Source: a virus (Duplodnaviria > Caudoviricetes). Taken from it: DNA of 43,738 nucleotides. The stretch's first letter is position 1. Each line of letters opens with the position of its first letter. Below, piece after piece: positions 32,642 through 41,681 of the stretch. The DNA is taken from positions 1 through 43,738 of IMG/VR virus record IMGVR_UViG_3300046738_000027; one strand, given 5' to 3'. A program made the translations under genes and the position numbers. Under the pieces are notes generated by a model that was given only the letters and a program-made list of their open reading frames with translations, ran no database searches and was not told the origin of the DNA.

Positions 32642-32914
32642 TCACTCCTCGGCCGGGAGCGCGCACTCCTCATGGACCCATCCCTTCTCGATGTAGGTGA
32701 TGGCGTCACTCACGTCGATGTCGTCCCAGCACTCGGGGCACAGTGAGCTGTATCCGGCCGTCCTGGTGGGGATCTTGGGCCTGGCGTCATCGAACAGGTC
32801 GCTGTCCGGCGCCGGCGCCGTGGCACGCTTGGTCGCGAGTACGCCCGGCGCCATCCGGCAGGCCGCGCCGTCCTCGTGCACCGTGCCGCACGTCCAGCAG
32901 GTTCGGGCGCTCAC
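32642..32914 (-). CDS. Small zinc-binding protein
   Basis: CWTC..H...C and CPEC...HEEC. Confidence 0.65.
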   Translation of the reverse strand: MSARTCWTCGTVHEDGAACRMAPGVLATKRATAPAPDSDLFDDARPKIPTRTAGYSSLCPECWDDIDVSDAITYIEKGWVHEECALPAEE

Positions 32915-34665
32915 GACGTAGCCTCCTTGATCTTGGCCACCATCGGCTCCAGGGCTCGCGTGGCCAGCACGCTACTGATGCGGTCTGACAGTTTTCCGGC
33001 CTTACCTGACGCCCCGGAAGCCATGATCGCGGCCAGCTCCTTACCCAGGCCGAGTTGACGGGCCCGGCCCTGCATCTCCGCCGACGGCACGCCCTTGCGC
33101 CACGGCCGGTCACGATCGGCCAGTAGGCGACCCAGGCCGCCCCCACGGTCCTCGGCCTCGTCCTCGGCCACGCTCATGGCCAGCTCAAGATCGGGGAGGT
33201 CCTTGTGGAGACGCACCGTGCGCATCCTCCCGGCAGTGATCGCGCCCTCGCGCAAGAACACGCTGGCGCCCTCGCGCAGGAACACGCTGGTGCCCACCAC
33301 GAACACGTACTGGCCATCCTTGCCATACGGCAAATAAGGCGTGCCGTGCTGAGTGGTGCGCCAGACCTTGCTCGAGCGCCGCACCAGCGGATCGAACTCG
33401 GTGGCGTCCACCTGGCCGGTCCAGAAACGGGTCTCGTCAGCGAGCTCAGCGCCGATGTCCCACTGGTCCTCCATGACGGTCAGCGCGCCCTGGGCCTTGC
33501 GGTCCATCGGCCGGTCACTGAGGTCGGCATGGCAGAACAGGTCGGTGGTGGCGTCCTGGACGTAGATGAGGATGCAGTCCTGCTCCTCCACCGGGATGCC
33601 GGGAACTCGGCGCAGGCCGCGGCCGGCCATCTGGATGCCCAAGTTCACGCTCTTGGTGGGCCGGCCGACGATGACGCACGAGGTCTTGGGCGCATCGAAC
33701 CCACGGGTGAGCACCATGGCGTTGACCAAGACCTGGACCTTGCCGTCCGCGTACGCCTCGAGCGCTTCCCGGCGCTGCCATGTCGGCATGTCGCCGTGGA
33801 CCACCTCGGCCCGGACACCCACGTCATGGAAGGCCAGGGAGAGCATCCGGGCCGAGCGCACCAGCGGCATGAACGCGATGGTGGGCCGGTTGCTCGCCAG
33901 CTCCTGCCAGCGCTCCACGATCCTGGCCGGGGCCATGGCCTCGATCAGGAGATCATCCTGGACGCCCAGCGTGAATTCGTTGCCGTGGACTGAGGTCAGC
34001 CGGGCATCGATCTCCAGCCGGTAGCCGATCGGCTGGACGAGGTAGCCGTGGCGCACGCCCCAGGAGATGTCCCGACTGAACGCCACGTCCTGCCAGAGAG
34101 TCCCGAGCCCCTGGCCGTCCCCTCGCTTCAGGGTGGCCGTGAAGCCGAGCGCGGGGACCACTGGGCCCCGATTGATGAACGTCGGGAAGCTGTCCATCGG
34201 ATGCGGAACAGGCGTCGGGAAGCACCCGAAATGCCGCAACACGCCGGACCATTCCGGCGCCGCGTACAGCTCGCACTCGTCCACCAGCACCAGGCCCACG
34301 TCCGTGATGCGGTCCCGGCGCTCCTGGCTGAGCAGGGTCTGGGTGGAGGCGACCACGATGTCCGCCTCGGTCTCGTCACTCTCGGCCTTGACGATGCCGA
34401 CCGTGATCGGGAACTCCGACTGGCCGGCCCAGAAACGGCACCGGGCCGCGAGGTCGCTGACGATCTCGTCGGTGTGGGCGAGCACCAGCACGCGGCCCGA
34501 GAACATCGGGTCCTCGATCGCGCGTACCGCCCGGGCGGCGATGATCATCCCCTTGCCCAGACCGGTGGCCATGACGATGGCCAGGCGGGTTTCCTCGGGG
34601 TGGTCGGCCCGGTGCTGGGCCTCAGCCTCGAGCGCCTGTTCCTGGTAGTCCCTGAGCTGGATCAT
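32911..34665 (-). CDS. SF2 (DEAD/DEAH-like) helicase
   Basis: LRDYQ, ATGLGK, VDE, GFTAT, RGFDAP and QMAGRGLR motifs; ATGA overlap gives start 34665. Confidence 0.88.
   Translation of the reverse strand: MIQLRDYQEQALEAEAQHRADHPEETRLAIVMATGLGKGMIIAARAVRAIEDPMFSGRVLVLAHTDEIVSDLAARCRFWAGQSEFPITVGIVKAESDETEADIVVASTQTLLSQERRDRITDVGLVLVDECELYAAPEWSGVLRHFGCFPTPVPHPMDSFPTFINRGPVVPALGFTATLKRGDGQGLGTLWQDVAFSRDISWGVRHGYLVQPIGYRLEIDARLTSVHGNEFTLGVQDDLLIEAMAPARIVERWQELASNRPTIAFMPLVRSARMLSLAFHDVGVRAEVVHGDMPTWQRREALEAYADGKVQVLVNAMVLTRGFDAPKTSCVIVGRPTKSVNLGIQMAGRGLRRVPGIPVEEQDCILIYVQDATTDLFCHADLSDRPMDRKAQGALTVMEDQWDIGAELADETRFWTGQVDATEFDPLVRRSSKVWRTTQHGTPYLPYGKDGQYVFVVGTSVFLREGASVFLREGAITAGRMRTVRLHKDLPDLELAMSVAEDEAEDRGGGLGRLLADRDRPWRKGVPSAEMQGRARQLGLGKELAAIMASGASGKAGKLSDRISSVLATRALEPMVAKIKEATS
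33242..33289. repeat. 24-bp in-frame tandem duplication
   Basis: Encodes SVFLREGA twice; one mismatch. Confidence 0.85.
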
Positions 34666-34847
34666 CGCGAGTATCCCGTCATGAAGACGTGCTTCTGCTG
34701 GCGACGAACGTGGTAGTAGTGGCCCCTCCGTCTGCCGTAGTTCATGGCTCGCACGGCCCCCCAGCCACCGATCACGACACCAGGGATGTGGCCGTAATGG
34801 TTGACGTACCGGGCCCAGGCTCGGCATTGTTTCTCCTTAATATTCAT
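34662..34847 (-). CDS. 61-aa basic leaderless protein
   Basis: MNIKEKQC...; ATG 6 nt after TATAGT. Confidence 0.6.
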   Translation of the reverse strand: MNIKEKQCRAWARYVNHYGHIPGVVIGGWGAVRAMNYGRRRGHYYHVRRQQKHVFMTGYSR

Positions 34848-34864
34848 CCCCCTACTATAGCAGA
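34848..34864 (-). promoter_or_regulatory. Conserved extended -10 motif, leaderless
   Basis: TCTGCTATAGTAGGGGG-ATG. Confidence 0.75.
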
Positions 34865-35083
34865 TCAGCGGGCCCGGCGGCCTTTCCGGTCCTTGGCAAT
34901 TACGTGCGCCACATGAAAGTGATCCCGCTTGCCATACCGGCACCGGACCACCTGCATCGAGGGGCCGTACGCGCCGCGCGCCACCAGGCGACCGATAACG
35001 GCATCCCCGGCAGCGCGCGACGTCAGCGGGTGCTTGCGCGTGCAATTCCCGCGCCGGCCCACCCCACCACCGGTGAAACTCAC
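34865..35083 (-). CDS. Small basic Cys/His protein
   Basis: C..KH...C.YG...HFHV; GTGA overlap. Confidence 0.5.
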   Translation of the reverse strand: MSFTGGGVGRRGNCTRKHPLTSRAAGDAVIGRLVARGAYGPSMQVVRCRYGKRDHFHVAHVIAKDRKGRRAR

Positions 35084-35217
35084 GGCTCGTGGCCCCAGGT
35101 GAGGTAGTCCGCGGTGGCCTCATCGTCGTTCTTCGGCTGGTAGTGGTTCGCCCGGGTGGCCGCGAACCCGGCGCCGGCAAGCAGGCCCAGGCCGACGAGG
35201 ATCCAGAGCCACATCAC
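35080..35217 (-). CDS. 45-aa membrane peptide
   Basis: MWLWILVGLGLLAGAGFAA... Confidence 0.5.
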   Translation of the reverse strand: MMWLWILVGLGLLAGAGFAATRANHYQPKNDDEATADYLTWGHEP

Positions 35218-35813
35218 GAGGTCACGGCCTTGACCAAATCAGGGGCCAGGGAGCGCAAGGCCATTGCGCGCTCCGCTTCACTGGCCGACTTCATCCAATA
35301 GCGGATAGCCCCGTTGTCCTTGATCGAGAGGAGGTGATCTCGCCTGAGGTCTTTCGATACCGGGAAGATCCATCGGTCCTTTACGTGCTGAACCTGATCC
35401 GTTCCCCAGTTACCCGCGCCTGTCGGCGGGGGACGTAGTCGCTGCCAGGTCGGGGCCCACCGCCAGTTACATGCCCGATAAAGGGATCCCGTGTGCCCCT
35501 GGGAGGGATCGGAATAGCTGACCAAGGTGGTCACGACTCTGGACTTGAGAAGCTTGACCGCGGCCGCGTGCTGCCGGCTCCCCGCGTTCGGCCCGGCCTC
35601 GGGCGTCAGGCACCAGCGAGAGAGCTCCAGCCAGGATCCGTCTGAGGGGAGCCGGCGTGATGTCGGGCGGCGCCAGACTTGAGCGGCCACCACTCGGCCA
35701 TCGTCCACTCCGACGACGATGGCCGAGAAAGCGCCGGATTTGATCGGTCCGAGGTAGTGATGTTTCTCCAGCAGGGGATCGGCCTCGGCCTTGGTGCCGA
35801 TGCGCCACATCAT
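35214..35813 (-). CDS. Mom-like GNAT DNA-modification enzyme
   Basis: HHYLG, LELSRW and VSYSD..QGH.G..YRA.NW motifs. Confidence 0.75.
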   Translation of the reverse strand: MMWRIGTKAEADPLLEKHHYLGPIKSGAFSAIVVGVDDGRVVAAQVWRRPTSRRLPSDGSWLELSRWCLTPEAGPNAGSRQHAAAVKLLKSRVVTTLVSYSDPSQGHTGSLYRACNWRWAPTWQRLRPPPTGAGNWGTDQVQHVKDRWIFPVSKDLRRDHLLSIKDNGAIRYWMKSASEAERAMALRSLAPDLVKAVTS

Positions 35814-36064
35814 CCGGAACTCATCACGGACACGAACACGTCCACCGCGGCGCCCGTGGGCCCGCGGCGGACGATGGCCATCGGCTCGGCCGGCGTGGGC
35901 CGGGTGATCGTGCGCGGGACCTCGCCCAGCATGATTGTCACAGCGACCTGGCCGCCCTTGAGCGCCACCGTCCTGGTGACCGGGTAGAACTTGCCGTTCT
36001 TGATGCTCTTGAGCTGATCCCCCTCCGCCACCAGGTCCCAGCGGATGCGCATGGTGTCAGTCAC
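35810..36064 (-). CDS. Hypothetical protein
   Basis: Operon continuity; start uncertain (36064 or 36052). Confidence 0.55.
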   Translation of the reverse strand: MTDTMRIRWDLVAEGDQLKSIKNGKFYPVTRTVALKGGQVAVTIMLGEVPRTITRPTPAEPMAIVRRGPTGAAVDVFVSVMSSG

Positions 36065-36473
36065 GGCGGAGCTCTTCCAGGAAAGTCGTGTACTGCTCAC
36101 CATCGACGATGTTCATCCATGAGCAGGGCACCTCCACGTACGTCAGCGCGGCCGCCCAGCGGGCCCGTGCGACCGTTCCCGAACTCCGGATGTCCGCAAC
36201 CTCCCGTGGGGTCAACTGACCGAGTTGGGTGACCGTGAGGCCCGTGCGGCCGAACGCGTTCAGCGCCCTCTCCGCGCCGGGCCTGCTCAGCGCCGCCACG
36301 AAACGCTCCCTGGTGGAGGGCTGGTCCGTGGCGGCCACCAGCATCTCCAGCTCCAGGGCCGCCACGGCGCGCTTCAAGTCCGCCATGCGTTCGATGCGCT
36401 CGCGCATCCCCTCAGCCGTGAAGACGCGGCAGGCTGTCTCGATCACGGCCCTCTCGGTGGGCGTGGCGGTCAC
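36057..36473 (-). CDS. Hypothetical protein
   Basis: GTGA overlap. Confidence 0.6.
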   Translation of the reverse strand: MTATPTERAVIETACRVFTAEGMRERIERMADLKRAVAALELEMLVAATDQPSTRERFVAALSRPGAERALNAFGRTGLTVTQLGQLTPREVADIRSSGTVARARWAAALTYVEVPCSWMNIVDGEQYTTFLEELRRD

Positions 36474-36907
36474 AGGATGACCTCGGTAAAGGGGGCGAAG
36501 TTCTCGATGACGGTGAACGGGTCTTTCCCGGGGCCAGCAGCCCATCCCTCGCCCACCCGGAAGTAGGCATCCAGGTCGCTATCGATGATGATCTTGACGT
36601 CGCCCGGGATGTCGTCCACCTTCTCCCAGACCCGAGGCTCGCGGACTCCAGCCATAGTCGGAGGGGCCGACATGCCGCGCTCGATGGCGTGGGCCAGATC
36701 CTGGGCGAGGGCCTGAGCCGTCTGAAGCGCCACGATGTACTCGTTCAGCTCCTCCAGGCCGTAGCTCTGCCCGTCCTGGTCACGGTCCACATGCAGGTCC
36801 GTGACCAGCCGGACGCGAACGCCCTGGAACAAGTCCCCGTCGGGCTCCACGATGATGCTCTCCACGCCGGGGACTCCAGTGATCGTGGAAATCTGAACGG
36901 TTTTCAT
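36470..36907 (-). CDS. Hypothetical protein
   Basis: MKTVQIST...; ATGA overlap. Confidence 0.6.
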   Translation of the reverse strand: MKTVQISTITGVPGVESIIVEPDGDLFQGVRVRLVTDLHVDRDQDGQSYGLEELNEYIVALQTAQALAQDLAHAIERGMSAPPTMAGVREPRVWEKVDDIPGDVKIIIDSDLDAYFRVGEGWAAGPGKDPFTVIENFAPFTEVIL

Positions 36908-37245
36908 GACAGCCAGCCTTTCGGGACCGGTAGGTGATCGGTGTCGGTGGTGCGGTTGGTGTGCCGCCAGCCCGAGTAGGGCACCTCGGGCGGCGTGGCG
37001 GCGATGTACTCCACGGGCTCGCCGCACGCAACGAGCCCGTGACCCTCCACCGGGAGGTTCTTGCCACAGTGGTCGGTGGCCGGCTTCGCCGTACGGGCGC
37101 CCAGGGCTTCCGCCTGAGCCTTGTGGTCCCGTACGGCTTCCGTCAGCTCGGCCTGGGCGAAGCTGTGCGCAGGATGGGACTCCCAGGCCCAGGCGGCGCG
37201 GATGACGCGCTCCTGAGCTGCTGAGATGTCGATGCTCCTGGCCAT
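36904..37245 (-). CDS. Hypothetical protein
   Basis: TGATG overlap; Cys/His-containing C-terminus. Confidence 0.6.
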   Translation of the reverse strand: MARSIDISAAQERVIRAAWAWESHPAHSFAQAELTEAVRDHKAQAEALGARTAKPATDHCGKNLPVEGHGLVACGEPVEYIAATPPEVPYSGWRHTNRTTDTDHLPVPKGWLS

Positions 37246-37490
37246 CAGGCGTTGCCCCAGGTGATCGTGGTGGCGTAGTCCCCACCGATGACGCTCAGGG
37301 CGCCGGCGTCCATGGCCGCATCCCGCAGTGCCTGGAAGTCGATCCCGGCCGGATAGGTGACCTGGCTGGCCGCAGTGCCGAACCCCATCCGGGTGGCGAC
37401 CGTGATACCGGTGACCCCGGGGTAGGTGGCCTTGATCAGGGCCCGGGTGGCCTTGGTGGCCTTGGTGGTCGGGGTCTCGAACTTCGCCAT
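37245..37490 (-). CDS. Hypothetical protein, first gene of the leftward early operon
   Basis: RBS GGGAG; MAKFETP... Confidence 0.65.
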   Translation of the reverse strand: MAKFETPTTKATKATRALIKATYPGVTGITVATRMGFGTAASQVTYPAGIDFQALRDAAMDAGALSVIGGDYATTITWGNA

Positions 37491-37514
37491 CGTCACTCCC
37501 TGGTTCGTCCTGCT

Positions 37515-37583
37515 GATAGATCTACTATAGCAGATGAGGGGGAGGTGTCAAGGCGGAGAAAGGTCTGCTATAGTAGATCTATC
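37515..37583. promoter_or_regulatory. Divergent promoter pair forming a perfect 20-bp inverted repeat
   Basis: GATAGATCTACTATAGCAGA (37515-37534) and TCTGCTATAGTAGATCTATC (37564-37583); leftward -35 TTGACA. Confidence 0.85.
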
Positions 37584-37597
37584 GAAAGGAGAACAAC

Positions 37598-39046
37598 ATG
37601 GTGATCAAGCACGTGGAGGCGCGCTGCCTCAACTGCAAACGGGAGGTGAAGGCCGGCCAGGAGCGATGCGCGTGCGGGGACCCGGTGCGGATCGGGCTGG
37701 CACTGAATCCGGGCCAGGCTGACCCGAGCGCGCTCCAGGCGCGAGTGGATCAGATCATGGGACATCCCCGCCGGGAGACCGGGCCGACCGCACGACCGGA
37801 CGCATTCCAGCTCACCGGCGAGCAGGAGCGCGCCGTGGCCGCGGTCAAGGCGTGGTTCACCGGAGCTACGGGCTGGACGCAGGATGCATCGGCGCCCTTC
37901 CGCTTGTTCGGCCCCGCGGGCACCGGCAAGACCACCATCGTCAAGCACATCCAGACAGCCCTGGGCGTCCAGGCCGTGTTCGGTGCCTACACCGGCAAGG
38001 CGGCCAGCGTGCTCCAGCGCAAGGGCGTCCCGGCCACCACCATCCACAGCGCGATCTACCGGCCCACCGACAACCGGGAGGCGCGAGCCGAGCTGCTGCT
38101 GGCGCGCGACGAGTGGGCCGCCATCACGCTGGCCAAGGCGGGCATCACGTCCGAGCAGGAACAGCACATGTGGCAGGCCGAGGAGCACGCCCTTGCCACC
38201 AGGGTCGAGGAGCTGGAGGCCCAAATCCGGCGCCCGCGGTTCGAGCTGAACCCGGCCAGCGAATGGGCGTACGCCGATCTGATCGTCCTGGACGAGGTCT
38301 CCATGGTGAACACCCGGATGGCCCAGGACATCGAGAGCTTCGGGGTGCCGGTGCTCGTGCTCGGCGACCCCGCGCAGCTCCCCCCGGTGGACGGGGGCGG
38401 CCACTACACCGCGGCCGAGCCGGACTTCCTGCTCACCGAGATCCACCGGCAGGCCCTGGAGTCGCCGGTGCTCGCGCTGGCCACCAGGATCCGCACCGGG
38501 GGTTCCTGGGAGGACGATCTCGTGCCGGTCAGCCTGGCCGAGGCGATGGCGGCCGATCAGATCCTGGTGTGGGCCAACCGGACGCGCTGGAACCTCATCC
38601 TGAAGATCCGCCAGAAGCTGGGCCGGATGCCGGGCTACCCGGTCGCCGGGGACAAGATCATGTGTCTGGCCAACAACCGAGACGCCGGCCTGCTCAACGG
38701 CCAGCAGTACGTGGTGCTGGGCGCCCAGCGAGATGATCTCGGCTTCACCATCCAGGCCCGCGACGACGACGGCCACGAGGTGGAGCTGTCCGCGTTCCAG
38801 GAAGGGTTCCAGGGCCTCGATCAGGAGAAGGACGCCAAACTGAAGCTGAGCGCCTGGAAGGGTTCGCGAGGGCTGTTCACGTTCGCCCAGGCCATCACGG
38901 TCCACAAGGCTCAGGGCTCGGAATGGCCGCACGTGTATGTGGTCGACCGCACGGACCAGATGAAGTCCGACGCCCGGCGCTGGGCCTACACGGCCGTGAC
39001 GCGCGCGTCGGAGAAGGTCACGCTGGCACGGCCGGGAGTACGCTGA
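37598..39046 (+). CDS. RecD/Dda-like SF1B helicase
   Basis: GPAGTGKT, DEVSMV, GDPAQLPPV, HRQ, ITVHKAQGSEW and YTAVTRA motifs. Confidence 0.9.
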   Translation: MVIKHVEARCLNCKREVKAGQERCACGDPVRIGLALNPGQADPSALQARVDQIMGHPRRETGPTARPDAFQLTGEQERAVAAVKAWFTGATGWTQDASAPFRLFGPAGTGKTTIVKHIQTALGVQAVFGAYTGKAASVLQRKGVPATTIHSAIYRPTDNREARAELLLARDEWAAITLAKAGITSEQEQHMWQAEEHALATRVEELEAQIRRPRFELNPASEWAYADLIVLDEVSMVNTRMAQDIESFGVPVLVLGDPAQLPPVDGGGHYTAAEPDFLLTEIHRQALESPVLALATRIRTGGSWEDDLVPVSLAEAMAADQILVWANRTRWNLILKIRQKLGRMPGYPVAGDKIMCLANNRDAGLLNGQQYVVLGAQRDDLGFTIQARDDDGHEVELSAFQEGFQGLDQEKDAKLKLSAWKGSRGLFTFAQAITVHKAQGSEWPHVYVVDRTDQMKSDARRWAYTAVTRASEKVTLARPGVR

Positions 39047-39065
39047 CGCCCCCTGATCAAGGCAA

Positions 39066-39095
39066 ACGCCCCCTGGCCGGCAAGCCAGGGGGCGT
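39066..39095 (+). terminator. Hairpin, possible terminator
   Basis: ACGCCCCCTGGC/GCCAGGGGGCGT. Confidence 0.65.
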
Positions 39096-39115
39096 CCATT
39101 ACGGCATAACTAGAT

Positions 39116-41380
39116 ATGGAGGCATCCGTGCTTGAGGATAACAACATAGTGTGGCCGGCCGCACGGGAGTACGTACAGAACGGCATCTATGTGTATCCCG
39201 TGTACGTCTCGCGCAAGCCGGACGGCAAGAAGAGTGTCCGTCCCGTCGGCCCCTGGCGCGACGGGAGCTCCCGGTCCCTGGCCGACATCGGCGCCTGGCA
39301 GCAGGAGCACTCGAGCGCCGGACTGCTAATCGACACCGGCAAGAGCGGTCTCGTCGTGGTCGACTGCGACGGCCAGGAGGGCATGGCCAACTGGCTGGCC
39401 CTCAATCCGCCCGCACCTCTGGCGCTGGTGAAGACGGCCGGGGGTGGCGAGCACTGGTACTACCGGGCCCACCCGGACCACCCGATCGGAAACGATCAGG
39501 ACGGCAAGGTCGCGCCGTTCGTGGACGTCCGGGGCCTGGGCGGTTTCGTCATCGCGGCCCCGACCACTGACGGCATCGGCCAGTGGTCGCTGATGGGTCA
39601 ATCTCCAGACGGATGGGTCTCGGACGGGTACTGGGTTCCTCAGGTGGTCATCGACCGGATGAGGGCCGTGAAGCCGTCCCCCACAGCGGCCGCCGAGGAA
39701 GACCCGTTCGATGACCCGGCCCGGGAGTTCACCAAGGCCCAGGCCGTGGAGTGGGTCAGGAAGGCCAGGGCGGAGCTCGCCGCCACCACGTCCGGCTTCA
39801 ACGGCGCCATCAACTCGTTCGCCATGGCGTGCGCGCACTTCCCCTGGCTGGTGGACCGCGAGCGCTGCGCCCGGCTGATGATCACCGCGCTCAAGCCGGT
39901 GACCGGCTGGGCGGCGCCGGACGGCAACGATCTCCAGACGATCAACTCGGCCTACTCGGCCACCGAGGCCGGTCGCTCCTGGACCGCGGCCAAGAAGGAG
40001 CCGTCCGCCACGGTGGCCCCGGAGTCCGGCGCGGCCCCCGGGCCTCTCGAGATCCTGCCGCCACCCGGCCAGCCGCTCCAGGTGGCGCGCGAGCTCGCCG
40101 GCCAGATCCCAGCGACGGACGGCCAGCCCCATCGGGCCTGGTGGCGCGATGACTTCTACCGGTGGACAGGCGCGCACTGGGAGGTGGAGGACGTGCCCGA
40201 GGTGGAGCGCTGGCTGTACGGCCAGACCGGCGATGCCGTGTATCTGAGCCCGGCCAAGAAGGAGGGGGAGGAGCCGGTCCGGACGCCGTGGGCGCCCACC
40301 CGGCGCAAGATCGGGGACGTGGCCCACGCGCTCGGGGTCGGGGTGCTCCAGCGCACCGGCGAGGCCGAGCCCGCCCTGGCCGCGGCTAACGGCGTGGTGG
40401 TCGGGCGTGAGCTGCTGCCGCACCGGCCCTCGCGATTCAACCTGTTCTCGCTGCCGTTCGACTACACCCCCGAGGCCGAGGCGCCGGCCTGGCAGGCGTT
40501 CCTTGACCAGGTGCTCCCGGGCGACCGGGAGAGCCAGGATTTCCTCGGGGAGTGGTTCGGTTACGTGCTGGCCGGGCGCACCGATCAGCAGAAGATGGCG
40601 GCCCTGATCGGCAAGAAGCGCTCGGGCAAGGGCACGATCGCGCGCGTGCTCGGGGCCCTGGTGGGCAAGGAGAACGTCTCAGGGCTCAACCTGGGCACCC
40701 TCGGGAGCACGTTCGGGCTGGAGCCCCTGGTGGGCGCGGCGCTGGCCGTGGCCTCGGACGTGCGCTGGCACTCGCGCAACATCGGCGACGCCGTGCAGAT
40801 CCTGCTCGAGGTGTCCGGCGAGGATCACGTCACGGTCCACCGCAAGAACAAGCAGGCCTGGAAGGGCAAGCTGGGCGTCCGCTTCATGCTCATGAGCAAC
40901 GACACGCCGACCTTCAGCGACAAGAGCGGGGCCCTGGTGGACCGCATGCTCTACGTCTCGTTCAAGCAGTCGTTCTTCGGGCGCGAGGACATCAGCCTGA
41001 CCGAGAAGCTGATGGACGAGTTGCCCGGGATCTTCAACTGGGCCCTGGACGGCCTCGAACGTCTGGACGGCCGCGGGCGGTTCACCCAGCCCGAGAGCGG
41101 CAAGGCCGAGGCCGAGAGTACGCGCCGGCTGGCCGACCCGATCGGGGCATTCATCGAGGACTGGTGCGATGTGGCCGATGGCGAGCGCATCTCCCTGGAC
41201 CACCTGTTCCTGAAGTACCAGACGTGGTGCGAGAGCGAGGGCCGGACCAGGGACACAACCACGAAGGAGATCTTCAGCCGGGATCTTCGGGCAAAAGTGG
41301 ACGGACTGACTTCCAAGCGCGTCCGGGAGAACGGCAAGTACGGAACCATGCTGCACGGGATCGGATCGTCCGCGGTCTGA
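39116..41380 (+). CDS. Prim-Pol primase fused to a D5/P4-like SF3 helicase
   Basis: LVVVDCD, TAGGG.H.YY and DVRG.GGFVIA motifs; GKKRSGKG Walker A, MSN; alternative start GTG 39128. Confidence 0.9.
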   Translation: MEASVLEDNNIVWPAAREYVQNGIYVYPVYVSRKPDGKKSVRPVGPWRDGSSRSLADIGAWQQEHSSAGLLIDTGKSGLVVVDCDGQEGMANWLALNPPAPLALVKTAGGGEHWYYRAHPDHPIGNDQDGKVAPFVDVRGLGGFVIAAPTTDGIGQWSLMGQSPDGWVSDGYWVPQVVIDRMRAVKPSPTAAAEEDPFDDPAREFTKAQAVEWVRKARAELAATTSGFNGAINSFAMACAHFPWLVDRERCARLMITALKPVTGWAAPDGNDLQTINSAYSATEAGRSWTAAKKEPSATVAPESGAAPGPLEILPPPGQPLQVARELAGQIPATDGQPHRAWWRDDFYRWTGAHWEVEDVPEVERWLYGQTGDAVYLSPAKKEGEEPVRTPWAPTRRKIGDVAHALGVGVLQRTGEAEPALAAANGVVVGRELLPHRPSRFNLFSLPFDYTPEAEAPAWQAFLDQVLPGDRESQDFLGEWFGYVLAGRTDQQKMAALIGKKRSGKGTIARVLGALVGKENVSGLNLGTLGSTFGLEPLVGAALAVASDVRWHSRNIGDAVQILLEVSGEDHVTVHRKNKQAWKGKLGVRFMLMSNDTPTFSDKSGALVDRMLYVSFKQSFFGREDISLTEKLMDELPGIFNWALDGLERLDGRGRFTQPESGKAEAESTRRLADPIGAFIEDWCDVADGERISLDHLFLKYQTWCESEGRTRDTTTKEIFSRDLRAKVDGLTSKRVRENGKYGTMLHGIGSSAV

Positions 41381-41660
41381 GCTGTTGCAGGGTCAAGGCC
41401 AGGTTGCAGGGTAGTTGCATGATGTCATGCGACTACCATGCAACAGCATTTTCCCTGCTCAACCTATATTTATTACTACTGTTGCAAGGTGTGCAAGGTA
41501 AAACCTATATAGATAAGAGCTAGTGGGGTAAGGGTGTTTAACGCTAGTAGAGACTGCGTTAGCAAGTACCCTGCAACACCCTGCAATAATGCGCCCCATC
41601 TGGCCGCCGAGCTGGGAAAAGACGGTGCGCAGGGTGCCGGGGCCTACCCTGCAACCCTGT
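41381..41660. other. Putative replication origin
   Basis: AT-rich non-coding stretch with about 9 GTTGCA(GGGT)-type repeats in inverted arrangement, directly after the primase gene. Confidence 0.65.
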
Positions 41661-41664
41661 CTCG

Positions 41665-41681
41665 TCTGCTATAGTGGACCT
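41665..41681 (+). promoter_or_regulatory. Conserved extended -10 motif, leaderless
   Basis: TCTGCTATAGTGGACCT-ATG. Confidence 0.75.

Noticed and set aside
32491-32709. Small ORF between the zinc protein and 32494
   Set aside because: The plausible GTG at 32645 is out of frame with the protein-like frame; the start is unresolved and an indel is possible
37446-37470. 9-bp repeats encoding TKATKAT
   Set aside because: Short low-complexity coding repeat with no other support
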